From contig CAVQEQ010000003.1 of the NCBI GenBank assembly GCA_963711565.1, positions 608,001 through 672,000 on the forward strand: DNA of 64,000 nt, written 5' to 3'. Each line of letters opens with the position of its first letter. Position 1 is the stretch's first letter. Shown piece after piece: positions 1 to 9,518 of this stretch. The translations under genes were made by a program, and so were the position numbers. A model generated the notes under the pieces. That model had not been told where the DNA came from and ran no database searches. It saw only the letters and a program-made list of their open reading frames with translations. The stretch is from an uncultured delta proteobacterium. Its GTDB lineage: Bacteria; Desulfobacterota; Binatia; Binatales; Binataceae.

Positions 1-1
1 C

Positions 2-379
2 GATTTTGTTTTTGAGATGGAGCTTGGTCTCGAGCTGCGTCAACAGCGTGTCGAAGAACCAGATGTCGCGCGGCGCCTTGGGCTTCGGCACGATTATAAC
101 GTCGAGTTTGTCGCCCGCGCCCTCGACGACTTCGATCACGTCGTCATGCGCCCAGTGGGTGTCGGCGCCGTTGACGCGCACCGCGCGAATCTTCTTGCCC
201 CAATCGAGATTGCGCAGCGCATCGACGGCGTTCTTGCGCGCCGCTTCCTTCTGCGCCGGCGCGACCGCGTCTTCGAGATCGAGAAACACCATGTCGGCCG
301 CGGTTGCCATCGCCTTTTCGATCATCTTGGGACTCGAAGCCGGCGTCGAAAGTTCGGACCGTCTTAGTCGAAGCGTCAT
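2..379 (-). CDS. HpcH/HpaI aldolase / CitE-family CoA-ester lyase (malyl-/beta-methylmalyl-CoA lyase-like), 3' end runs off window
   Basis: Not in ORF track. Manual translation from ATG 379 gives MTLRLRRSELSTPASSPKMIEKAMATAADMVFLDLEDAVAP...RAVRVNG, with the DLED motif; ATGA overlap with the upstream CoA-transferase stop. Confidence 0.88.
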   Translation of the reverse strand, partial: MTLRLRRSELSTPASSPKMIEKAMATAADMVFLDLEDAVAPAQKEAARKNAVDALRNLDWGKKIRAVRVNGADTHWAHDDVIEVVEGAGDKLDVIIVPKPKAPRDIWFFDTLLTQLETKLHLKNKI

Positions 380-1575
380 GATTGCTCCTTGTGCGCGACT
401 GATATTCCCGCGTCAGCGAGCACCTGCGCGGTATGCTCGCCCAGGCGCGGCGCGCGGGCGTAAATTCCCGACGGCGTACGCGTCAGCTTGATCGGACATC
501 CCGCGAGCACGATCGGCGGATTGTCGCCGGGCTGCTCGACCTCGACCAGCATGTCGCGCGTCCGCGGGTGCGGGTCCTCGAAAATATCTTTGGCCGTGTT
601 GACCGGACCCACCGGCACCTTGCCGCCGATCGCATCGACGATTTCGCGCGTGCTGTGTGCCGGCGTCCATTCGGTGAGAATGCCGCGCACGAACTCGGCG
701 TTGGCGACCCGCTTGTGAACGTTGCGCGTGCGATTGTCGGTCGCAAGTTCAGGCCGGCCGATCGCGTCGCAAAGAATCTTCCAGTGATTTTCGCCAGGCG
801 CCGCGATCGCGACGGCGCCGTCGCGCGTCGGAAAAATATCGAATGGACACAGCACCGGCGTCCCGTTGCCGCCCGGTTCGCGAATGATGCCGGCACCCGA
901 GTAGCTGTAAACGATCATCTCGCACAGCGCGAGAATCGCGTCGTACATCGCCACGTCGAGGAACTGCCCCTGCCCAGTCCGCCGCGCCGCATGAACGGCA
1001 GCCACGACTCCCAGCGCGGCGAGCGTGCCGGGATAAATGTCGCCGACCGCGGGACCGGCTTTGTAGCCACCGCCGTCTTGCGGACCCGTGACCGCGACCA
1101 GCCCGCCCATGCTCTGCGCGACGATATCGAAAGCGGGCCAATCCGCGTACGGACTCGCGCCGGTGCGCGGATCGCCGAAGCCGCGAATCGCCGCATAAAC
1201 GAGCGCCGGTTTGATTACGCGCAACCGCTCGTAACTGATTCCCGCGCGATCCATCACGCCAGTCTTCGCGTTCTCGACGACCGCATCCGCCGTCTGCACC
1301 AGTCTGAAGAAACTCTCGCGGTCCGCGTCGGTCTTGATGTCGAGCACGACGCTGCGCTTGTTGCGATTGACGCTCGCGAAATATCCGCCGTAGTCGCATC
1401 CTTTTCGATCGGGCGGAAGCGGTCCCAGGCTGCGGCTCATGTCGCCCGCGGGCGGCTCGACCTTGATCACCTCGGCGCCAAGATCGGCCAGCAGCATCGT
1501 GCAATACGGACCGGCCAGCGCCTGCGTCAGATCGAGCACGCGAACGTCCGAAAGCGGTCCCGTGCGTGCCTTCAT
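376..1575 (-). CDS. CaiB/BaiF family (class III) CoA-transferase
   Basis: VRVLDLTQALAGPYCTMLLADLGAEVIKVEPP and NRNKRS motifs; start placed at ATG 1575 (ATGA overlap with MaoC stop). Confidence 0.93.
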   Translation of the reverse strand: MKARTGPLSDVRVLDLTQALAGPYCTMLLADLGAEVIKVEPPAGDMSRSLGPLPPDRKGCDYGGYFASVNRNKRSVVLDIKTDADRESFFRLVQTADAVVENAKTGVMDRAGISYERLRVIKPALVYAAIRGFGDPRTGASPYADWPAFDIVAQSMGGLVAVTGPQDGGGYKAGPAVGDIYPGTLAALGVVAAVHAARRTGQGQFLDVAMYDAILALCEMIVYSYSGAGIIREPGGNGTPVLCPFDIFPTRDGAVAIAAPGENHWKILCDAIGRPELATDNRTRNVHKRVANAEFVRGILTEWTPAHSTREIVDAIGGKVPVGPVNTAKDIFEDPHPRTRDMLVEVEQPGDNPPIVLAGCPIKLTRTPSGIYARAPRLGEHTAQVLADAGISVAHKEQS

Positions 1576-2057
1576 CGACTGCCCCAATGCGACCGCCGCT
1601 TGATCAGCACGGTGCGCTCGCCTTCGAAGACGACCGTCCCATCATGCTTGGTGCCCCAATGTTTGAAGCGCACGATGCCGGCGTCATCGCGATCGGCATC
1701 GCGCTTCTCGATCACTTCGCTGTAGGCGTAAAGCGTGTCGCCATGGAATACCGGCGAGGTGAATCTGATTCCTGTAAGACCGAGTTCCGCAAGCGCATTT
1801 TCTCCGGTGTCCTGCGTTGCCAGCCCGATGCATACCGAGCCGGTGATAAGCCCGAAGACGAGGCGCTGGCCGAATTGCGTCGACCGCATGCGATGTTCGT
1901 TGTAGTGGCCGTCGGCGGTGTTCAGCACAAGCTTCGTGAGCATCTGGTTTTCGATCTCGCCGATGGTAGTGCCGCGCGCGTGACGCATCTTCGCGCCGAC
2001 TTCGAAGTCTTCAAAGTAATTCCCCGTGCCCGTCAGTTTCGAGATCGATGTACTCAC
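1572..2057 (-). CDS. MaoC-family (hot-dog) dehydratase/hydratase
   Basis: GNYFEDFEVG...RFTSPVFHGDTLYAYSEV; GTG start at 2057 overlaps the ACAD stop (GTGA). Confidence 0.88.
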   Translation of the reverse strand: MSTSISKLTGTGNYFEDFEVGAKMRHARGTTIGEIENQMLTKLVLNTADGHYNEHRMRSTQFGQRLVFGLITGSVCIGLATQDTGENALAELGLTGIRFTSPVFHGDTLYAYSEVIEKRDADRDDAGIVRFKHWGTKHDGTVVFEGERTVLIKRRSHWGSR

Positions 2058-3229
2058 TTTCTTACCTTCGGCAGCAGGCGGTCGGAGATGATCCGCAACT
2101 GGATTTCGGAAGTGCCTTCGAAAATTTTTGTCAGACGCGCGTCGCGCCAGTAGCGCTCGAGCGGAAAGTCCTTGGTGTAGCCGTAGCCGCCGTGAATCTG
2201 CAGCGCCTGGCTGGTCACGCGCTCGGCCATCTCGGAGGCGAACAGCTTCGCCATCGAGGCCTCTTTGTCGCATCGCCGCTTGCTGTCAACTTCGGTGGCG
2301 ACGAAATACATAAGCTGGCGCGCGGCTTCTATCTCGGTCGCCATCTCGGCCAGCTTGAAACGAATCGCCTGGAACTCTCCAATCGGCTGTCCGAACGCGA
2401 CGCGCTTCTGCGCATATGCCAGCGAGTCTTCGAGGCCGCCGCGCGCAAGCCCGATCGCACGCGCCGCGGTGTGCACGCGCGCCACCTCGAGTCCGCTGAC
2501 CGCGCCGTAGAATCCCTTGCCCTCGCCGCGATCCTCGCGCTCGCGGCCGAGCAGCGCGTCGGCGGGCAACTTGAAGTTGTCGAAGTGCAGCTCCCACGTC
2601 TTCCAGCCGAAGTAACCTATCTTGCGAATCGGCGAGCCGGTCAGCCCCGGCGGAAATTTGCCTCGCTCCTTGAGGACTAGAAATTGACTGATGCCTTCAT
2701 GGCGACGGCGCGGATCGGACGGCTGCTTGGTGCGCGCCAGTACCGAGATGAAATCCGCACCGTCGGCAAAAGTGCACCAGGTCTTGGTGCCGTTGAGCAT
2801 CCAGCCGTCGCCGTCGCGCGTCGCCTTGCAGGAGACGTTGGCGAGATCGGAGCCCGCATCCGGCTCCGACAGCGCGGCCGCGCCCAGAAATTCTCCGCGC
2901 GCCATCCGAGGCAGATATTCGCGACGCTGCGCCGCCGTGAAGCCGCCGCCGAGTCCGTTACCGCGCGCGATGATGCTCGCGACGCTCATCCACGCGCGCG
3001 CAAGTTCCTCGGTGATCAGCGCATACTCGAACGCGCCCAAGCCAAGCCCGCCGTATTCCTCCGGGATGACGACGCCGAAGTAGCCCATCTCCGCGAGTTT
3101 GTCGCGGAGCGCCATCGGGATATCGCCCTGCTCGGGATCGAGCTTGTTCGCGATGGGCAGAACCTCGTTCATCGCGAACTCGCGCGCCGCATTCTGAATC
3201 ATCCGCCGCTCGTCGGTCATGTAACTCAC
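2054..3229 (-). CDS. Acyl-CoA dehydrogenase
   Basis: ALSEPDAGSD, LNGTKTW, QIHGGYGY, IFEGTSEIQ motifs; GTG start 3229 (GTGA overlap), alternative ATG 3220. Confidence 0.95.
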   Translation of the reverse strand: MSYMTDERRMIQNAAREFAMNEVLPIANKLDPEQGDIPMALRDKLAEMGYFGVVIPEEYGGLGLGAFEYALITEELARAWMSVASIIARGNGLGGGFTAAQRREYLPRMARGEFLGAAALSEPDAGSDLANVSCKATRDGDGWMLNGTKTWCTFADGADFISVLARTKQPSDPRRRHEGISQFLVLKERGKFPPGLTGSPIRKIGYFGWKTWELHFDNFKLPADALLGREREDRGEGKGFYGAVSGLEVARVHTAARAIGLARGGLEDSLAYAQKRVAFGQPIGEFQAIRFKLAEMATEIEAARQLMYFVATEVDSKRRCDKEASMAKLFASEMAERVTSQALQIHGGYGYTKDFPLERYWRDARLTKIFEGTSEIQLRIISDRLLPKVRK

Positions 3230-3720
3230 AATGGCGCTCCTCTGCGTTTGGCGACGAGGTTGGTGCGCTCGTAGCTGATGACGAGTTCGTCGCGTTGATT
3301 GCGCGCCTCGGTGCGCCAGGTGACGATCCCGAAATTGCCGCGGCTGGCAGATTCGCGCGTCGAGACCACAGTACTGCGCGCCCTCAACGTATCGCCGGGA
3401 TAGACGGAACGATGAAATTCGAGCCCGTTGATGCCGAGAAACGGGCCGCCCGCCTCGCTCAAGTCCTCGACCGAGATGCCGACCACCGTGCACGCGACCA
3501 GCATCGGATTGACGACCACGTCGGGATGGCCGTGAGCGCGCGCGTACTCGGCGTTGAAGTAGAGCGGGCAGTGCGCGAGCGTCGCGGTGGTGAACAGCGA
3601 ATTGTCGCCGGCATTGATCGTGCGCCCCCAATGATGCTCGAAGACCTGGCCCTCGTGGAATTCCTCGAAGGAGTGGCCTTTGTGCACGAGCTTGAACTGA
3701 GTGAAATCGGGATCCGCCAT
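3226..3720 (-). CDS. MaoC-family (hot-dog) dehydratase/hydratase
   Basis: FEEFHEGQVFEHHWGRT...VYPGDTLRARSTV...GIVTWRTEARNQ. Confidence 0.9.
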   Translation of the reverse strand: MADPDFTQFKLVHKGHSFEEFHEGQVFEHHWGRTINAGDNSLFTTATLAHCPLYFNAEYARAHGHPDVVVNPMLVACTVVGISVEDLSEAGGPFLGINGLEFHRSVYPGDTLRARSTVVSTRESASRGNFGIVTWRTEARNQRDELVISYERTNLVAKRRGAPL

Positions 3721-3823
3721 AAACCAGGCTCCTACTGTTCACAACTATTGCACGGACCCGCCGCTTCCAGAAAATGGTCGAATCGTGCAAGATGGCGCTG
3801 ACTCACAACCATCGGAGACTCAG

Positions 3824-4543
3824 ATGAAGACAGAGACAGTTGAATACAAGGACGCAGACGTAACCCTTCGCGGCTATCTCGCTTTCGACGACAAAAAGGC
3901 GGGCAAGCGCCCCGGAGTTCTCGTGATGCCGGAGGCGTTCGGACTCGGCGAGCATGCAAAGAAGCGCGCCGAACGGCTGGCGGAGCTTGGCTACGTCGCT
4001 TTCGCGGGCGACCCTTACGGCAACGGAGTCGAGGTCGCAAGCCTGCCGGAGGCAATGAGGCTTGCGACGCCGCTGTTTTCTGACCCATCGAAACTTCGCA
4101 AACGCGGACGTGCCGCGCTCGATCATCTCGCGTCAATTCCGCAGACCGACGCCGGACGGTTGGCAGCGATCGGATTCTGTATGGGTGGCACATTTTCGTT
4201 GGAGCTCGCTCGCGAGGGCGCACCGCTTAGGGGAATCGTCAGCTTTCACGGCGGCCTGCAGACGCAGCGACCAGCCGAAGCTGGAAAGGTCAAAGCGAAG
4301 ATTCTTGTTTGCACCGGCGCCGATGACACTTTGATTCCCGTCGAGCAGGTCAACGCCTTCGAGGCTGAGATGATCAAGGCCGGCGCGGACTGGCAGGTGA
4401 TCACCTACGGCGGCGCAAAGCACAGCTTCACGAATCCGAATTCGGACAGCATTGGGATGCCCGGCATCGGATATAACAAGCTGGTCGATGCGCGATCGTG
4501 GAAAGCTATGACCGACTTCTTCGAGGAAATATTTGCAGCCTAG
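3824..4543 (+). CDS. Dienelactone hydrolase family protein
   Basis: EAFG, GFCMGG nucleophile elbow, FHG, GAKHSFTNP; GGAGA RBS before ATG 3824. Confidence 0.92.
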   Translation: MKTETVEYKDADVTLRGYLAFDDKKAGKRPGVLVMPEAFGLGEHAKKRAERLAELGYVAFAGDPYGNGVEVASLPEAMRLATPLFSDPSKLRKRGRAALDHLASIPQTDAGRLAAIGFCMGGTFSLELAREGAPLRGIVSFHGGLQTQRPAEAGKVKAKILVCTGADDTLIPVEQVNAFEAEMIKAGADWQVITYGGAKHSFTNPNSDSIGMPGIGYNKLVDARSWKAMTDFFEEIFAA

Positions 4544-7500
4544 CTGCTAGAACTCTTCCTGGTGCGAGTCTTTGCAGGTATGGGCTTAGCCTTGTCGGCC
4601 GGCTCGGCGCGATTCCCAGCGGTCGCCAACGCCAGCATCATGATCAGAGTCATCAAAACGGCGCTGGCTGTGGACAAATAGTATGACCACCGACGGATAA
4701 AAGTAGGACGCAACTCGACTAAGACATTGTGCGTGCCGGCTGGAAGGTTGAAGGTGATCTCGCCGCTATTCGCAGCGGGAGATGTCGTAACCTTATGGTC
4801 GTCGACGAGCACCGTCCATCCGGGATAGTCGAAAACCGAGTCCTGCATCAGCGCGGGCCCGCTCGCATCGACCTTGAACGATTGGCTATTCGAGCTGACG
4901 CCGAGTTGAGACACTATCGGTGCGGATCGCACACCTTTGAGCAGGACGCTGTCGAATTTGGGACGGTAAAGCACAGTCCGTGGCTCGTACTCTTCACGAG
5001 TCGTCGTGTTTAACCCCTTCTGAGCGATTAGCTCAGCATTGTAGTAAGCTTCATCATAGGTCTGAATTCCCTTTGGTTGGGTGTGCGCGACATTGAGTAG
5101 AACTACGGCTGCGATCGCGACATATGTCAGCCGAGGGCCAATGCGATCGAAGACATAGAGCGCCAGCAACGGCATGAACAACGCCGGAACGCATAGAGTG
5201 CGCCACGGATAGGCCAGGTATTGAAGCGTATCGAAGTTCGCCCAAATAGACCACGACAGATCGGTAGCTAAGAGCGCAAAGACCATCGACACGGCGGCAA
5301 AGAGCATCGCGTCCAGCCGGCGGGTGCGGCTTGCCGCGCGCATCGCAACGACGAGACCGGCCACGGCCAAGGCTATGTGTACGAGCCCGAGTGAATACGA
5401 GATTCCGTTCGTAGGACCGCGCGACGCATAGCCGTATCCCCATGGCGACCAGAACAACTGGGATGGCGATATTATGTAGTTCGTCCAATTCAGAAAGCCG
5501 ATGCGCAGAAGATCGGTTTTGACAAACTCACGTTCAAGCAACGCGGGAAGCCAGAAGAAAGCACTAAGTGCCAGTCCGCCGACGAGCACGGAAGCGCCGG
5601 CCACGGCAGTTTTCAACCGATGGTCAGAGACGGCGGCGCGGACGGCCACCAACGCCGCGAATGCGGGAAACATCAGCAGCGCGATCGCGTTATGCGCCAG
5701 TGGCAGCATCGCGACCGCGAGCGCGCCGAGCACCACAGTGACTACCGTCGGGCGCTGAATAGCTGTGATCAACCCGAGCAACGCCACGGGAGCTACCGCA
5801 ATCGCAGCCGACTCGGCAAATCGACCACACACGTAGATATCGAGAGCCTGATAGGGGGCGAATAGCCATGCGGCCGCGGCGCCGATTGAGGCGATACGAG
5901 AAAAAGAGAGATTGCGACCGATCAGAAAGATTGCGATCGCGCCGAGAGCGAACAAAATCGCCAGTCCAAATTGAAGTGAATTCGCCCGCGACAAACCGGC
6001 CCTGAAGAAAGGCAACGCCATCGCGTAGATCAGCGGCGGTGCGAATTCGAATAACGGCTGACCGTGGCCCGCGCCAAGGTCCGGCGCCCATACCGGCGGG
6101 AATTGATGGTCGCCCAGAATTTTAGCGAATTCAGTCAGCCGCGGCGGGTACTCGAGCGAGTCGTGGCCATCGAGCAGGTTGCCGCTGAATAGCGCGCGCG
6201 TGAAGAGCAGGATCAAGACCGCAAGCGCGAGCGCTGTGCGGGTGCGGGGAGTATCCCAGGATGTCGCCAACTCGGCTAGTCGCGCGCTAATCCTGCGTTC
6301 CCTCGCAGCGTAGTTGGGCCTGCGCATAGCTGGCGCGATCAAACCGACCAGGATAAATCCGGCGAGCAACAATATCGGCTTGATCGCACCTGGATGGTAG
6401 CGCACTACGATCTGATGTTCGCCGGGAGTGACTGGTATCGCGCAGAAGTTGGGATAGACGCGAAAGATTGGCGCCGCCTTTCCGTCAACGGTGGCTTGCT
6501 GGCCGGGAAAGTAGGTGATCTTGAGCAGTGCATAGCACGGTCGTAGGACTGCCAGCCGCGCACTATAGGTCTCACCTTCCTTGCTTTCAGATATTACTTC
6601 GCCGCGCGAAGTCGAAAATCCTGGATCGAGCGGAGGCAGCGCTTGGAACATCTTCCATTCAGGCACTCCTTTGAGATCGCCACCTAATGCGACCACCGCG
6701 CCGGCTCGCACCGCAGGGTCGTTCATCCAATTCCAGTCGCGGTTAAGCACGGTAGTTAGTGGACCGTCATAACGCGCACCGATATCTACAAGGCCGAAAT
6801 AACCTTCGCTTGAGGCCTCGTAAACCGCGAGATTGCCGTGAACCGCGCGACGCTTGAAGTAAGAGGGCACCGCTTGGGTCGTGGGCGCCAGCACCGCCCG
6901 CATCGCGAACAGCCGGGCCTGGTAAGGATCGTGGTCATCGATCTCCGCCGTCACGTCTGAGCTCCACGACAAGCTGTGATAGAGAAAGCTGAGCTCATCG
7001 AACCCCGCCAGCGTGAGTAAGGAATACGGCTGCATCCTGGCGATTTGGAAATGAGAGGCCCAACCCCCCGTAGGACCGCACCACACGCGGCCCGGCCGCT
7101 CGCGCAGGATCGTGCCGATGTCGGCAAGCGACGCCTCCAGATCGCCGCCCTCGACCACAATTGCGGCGAGACTCTCGTCTCCCCATTGGTTGTTCAGCTT
7201 CAGGTAACTCGCGCGTTCGGTGAAAATCACGATCGCCATGGCGCCCAGAGCGATCGCCGTTACGAGCTTGGCTGCGTGGCCGGCCCGCCAGGCGGCCGCG
7301 ACTCCTTTGGCCAGCGCCCAGGCCGTCAGCAGCACCGCAAACATTTCGAATACCGACTCAAAGCGGCTGACGTGAAAGGTGCCGGGCAGTCCCAGCGCGA
7401 GCATGAAATATCCCCAGGTCGTGCGGCCGAAAAAAATCGCGAGCCACACCGCGGTGAGAACGAGCAGACGTCGCGGCATCGGCCTCTTCCAGCGATACAA

Positions 7501-8511
7501 TGCGAACAACGTTGACGCGGCCAGCGCCAACGTCATCACCGGTAACCGCCCCTCGTCGAAAAAGCGCCCCGACACCAAAGTGTCGAATATGTTTTTCGCC
7601 CCCCACGAATCGAACTTCCAAACGTCATCCCATCGGCAGCGGTTCGCCTCGCCGCTGGCTATCAGCATCGGAATGACGAACCATGCGAGCAGGATGAAGG
7701 CGGGAATCAGGATCGATGCGGCGCGAAGGATTCGTCGCGAGCGATCACCTTTCGGTCCGACCAGGGCTATGACGGCTACCGAGACGATCGCCGCGTAACC
7801 GAACACGACGTGCGAGAGTGCTGTGGCAGCAACCAGGCAAGCTGCCAAAATTCTCCGCCTACCCGTGTTGAGCGAGTAGTTGGCGAGTCCCAGGGCCGGC
7901 ATCAACAGGTTGTAAGACATCAGTTGCGTATATAGGCCGGATCCGCGTCTAACGTACGCACCGTACGACAACCCATAGCGGCTGAGATCGCCCACCTCGC
8001 TCACACCCAGGATAAGAATCGATGCGAATCCTGCGGCGATAGGTTCCAGCCCAAATAACCGCGCACCCAGATAGGTGGATGCCGGCAGCGCTACCATCAA
8101 GAGATAGTAAAGCACTGCGAATGACGCCGGCGCTGAGGCGAAATGACTCGTCAACGTCAGCAACAGTCCTGCTATCATATGCGGCAGGGGCTGATAGAAG
8201 TGCCATAGCGGATATCCTAGAGCCCATTGCGACACCCATGGGTCGAGAAATGAGTCGCCCGTGATCAGACTCTGCGCCAGGCGCTGCGACGCTGCTATGT
8301 GGAAGCTAAGGTCGTTGACCGGAACTCGCTCGATGCGAATTTCCGGCCATAGCAATACCGCATTTACGATAAGCGCGAGCCCTAGCAGTATGAGCCCGCC
8401 GGCTTCTGCCCAGAGCCTCGCGGGGTCAGGAATCCTCCACCAACCTACGACCGCGCGCGGCACCGCAGTTGGCGCTTCAACACGAGGTTTTGCTTTCGCT
8501 GCCGCCGGCAT
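4540..8511 (-). CDS. Large polytopic membrane protein with two GT-C/YfhO-like (PTPS-related) modules
   Basis: Two repeats of [TM, Asp-containing loop, W..W..GYPL / W.PDLGAGHGQPL, many TMs, YFPGxxATVDG / YPGWTVLVDD C-terminal beta domain]; start at ATG 8511 (MPAAAK), since the upstream part of the ORF overlaps the next gene. Confidence 0.8.
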   Translation of the reverse strand: MPAAAKAKPRVEAPTAVPRAVVGWWRIPDPARLWAEAGGLILLGLALIVNAVLLWPEIRIERVPVNDLSFHIAASQRLAQSLITGDSFLDPWVSQWALGYPLWHFYQPLPHMIAGLLLTLTSHFASAPASFAVLYYLLMVALPASTYLGARLFGLEPIAAGFASILILGVSEVGDLSRYGLSYGAYVRRGSGLYTQLMSYNLLMPALGLANYSLNTGRRRILAACLVAATALSHVVFGYAAIVSVAVIALVGPKGDRSRRILRAASILIPAFILLAWFVIPMLIASGEANRCRWDDVWKFDSWGAKNIFDTLVSGRFFDEGRLPVMTLALAASTLFALYRWKRPMPRRLLVLTAVWLAIFFGRTTWGYFMLALGLPGTFHVSRFESVFEMFAVLLTAWALAKGVAAAWRAGHAAKLVTAIALGAMAIVIFTERASYLKLNNQWGDESLAAIVVEGGDLEASLADIGTILRERPGRVWCGPTGGWASHFQIARMQPYSLLTLAGFDELSFLYHSLSWSSDVTAEIDDHDPYQARLFAMRAVLAPTTQAVPSYFKRRAVHGNLAVYEASSEGYFGLVDIGARYDGPLTTVLNRDWNWMNDPAVRAGAVVALGGDLKGVPEWKMFQALPPLDPGFSTSRGEVISESKEGETYSARLAVLRPCYALLKITYFPGQQATVDGKAAPIFRVYPNFCAIPVTPGEHQIVVRYHPGAIKPILLLAGFILVGLIAPAMRRPNYAARERRISARLAELATSWDTPRTRTALALAVLILLFTRALFSGNLLDGHDSLEYPPRLTEFAKILGDHQFPPVWAPDLGAGHGQPLFEFAPPLIYAMALPFFRAGLSRANSLQFGLAILFALGAIAIFLIGRNLSFSRIASIGAAAAWLFAPYQALDIYVCGRFAESAAIAVAPVALLGLITAIQRPTVVTVVLGALAVAMLPLAHNAIALLMFPAFAALVAVRAAVSDHRLKTAVAGASVLVGGLALSAFFWLPALLEREFVKTDLLRIGFLNWTNYIISPSQLFWSPWGYGYASRGPTNGISYSLGLVHIALAVAGLVVAMRAASRTRRLDAMLFAAVSMVFALLATDLSWSIWANFDTLQYLAYPWRTLCVPALFMPLLALYVFDRIGPRLTYVAIAAVVLLNVAHTQPKGIQTYDEAYYNAELIAQKGLNTTTREEYEPRTVLYRPKFDSVLLKGVRSAPIVSQLGVSSNSQSFKVDASGPALMQDSVFDYPGWTVLVDDHKVTTSPAANSGEITFNLPAGTHNVLVELRPTFIRRWSYYLSTASAVLMTLIMMLALATAGNRAEPADKAKPIPAKTRTRKSSSS

Positions 8512-8545
8512 TCCTTCGCTAACTATATACGCGAAGATTTCGACC

Positions 8546-9508
8546 TTAAGGGATGAGCAGAACTCTTCCGACTGCCTGCCGGCTCTCGATGTAGGCGTGA
8601 GCTGCCGCGGCCTCCGACAGCGGGAAGGTTCGATCAATCACGACCTTCAACTCGCCGCGCGCGGCCTCGTCGATCAGGCGCTGGATCATGTTATGCGCGC
8701 GGTCGGTGCCGATCTCGGCACCCAGAAACACGCCCGTCAAAGAACGGTTGCCTGCCATGAGCGACGACACATCGATGGTCATAGCCTCGCGTCCCGCGGC
8801 CCCAACCATCGAGACACGACCGCGATAGGCGAGCGACAGCAGGCTCCCTTGCAGCGTGGCGCCACCTACAGGATCAACGACAAGGTCCACTCCCCGCTTG
8901 TTGGTTATCTTCATCACCGACTTTACGACGTCTTCGGTCTTGTAGTTGATGCCATGATCGAGGCCTAGCGGCTTCAGCCGGTCCAGCCGGTCATTGCTCG
9001 ACGCCGTCGCCAGGACTGTCGCGCCCGCGCGCTTGGCCAGTTGAATCGCCGCAACACCTACACCGCTCGCGCCCGCCTGCACCAGGACCGTCTCTCCTGC
9101 CTTCAGATGCCCGAACTCGAACAGGCAATCGTCGGCGGTGCCAAACGGCACAGGGATGGCCGCAGCCAGCTTGATATCGAATCCCTTCGGCACCGGCCAC
9201 GCATTGCGCGCAGGTACCGCACGTAACGCGGCATGCGATCCGGCGCCAAAGACTGTGGTGACCTTCTGACCCACTTTTAGGTCTGTCACCTCCGCCCCTA
9301 CCTGCACGATCTCGCCGCCCGCCTGATAGCCAACGACATGCGGCTTACTCAGCAAAGCTCCATGCCAGCGATTGAGTGTGTCGCCGCCCTCGATACTCAC
9401 AGCCTCGACGCGAATTACGACGCCCTTGGGATGGCACTCGGGATCCGGGACGTCCTCGTACTTAAGAACGTCCGGACCGCCGTTTTGATAATAGACCGCA
9501 GCCTTCAT
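8546..9508 (-). CDS. MDR-superfamily NAD(P)H:quinone oxidoreductase (zinc-independent ADH family)
   Basis: GGPDVLKYEDVPDP, GETVLVQAGASGVG, RGVDLVVDPVGG, C-terminal GRVLLIP. Confidence 0.92.
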   Translation of the reverse strand: MKAAVYYQNGGPDVLKYEDVPDPECHPKGVVIRVEAVSIEGGDTLNRWHGALLSKPHVVGYQAGGEIVQVGAEVTDLKVGQKVTTVFGAGSHAALRAVPARNAWPVPKGFDIKLAAAIPVPFGTADDCLFEFGHLKAGETVLVQAGASGVGVAAIQLAKRAGATVLATASSNDRLDRLKPLGLDHGINYKTEDVVKSVMKITNKRGVDLVVDPVGGATLQGSLLSLAYRGRVSMVGAAGREAMTIDVSSLMAGNRSLTGVFLGAEIGTDRAHNMIQRLIDEAARGELKVVIDRTFPLSEAAAAHAYIESRQAVGRVLLIP

Positions 9509-9518
9509 CGCTCACTCC

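Noticed and set aside
2054-3790. 578-aa ORF implying a MaoC-ACAD fusion
   Set aside because: The extension is an alternative frame over the MaoC gene; the GTGA overlap at 3226-3229 explains the real start.
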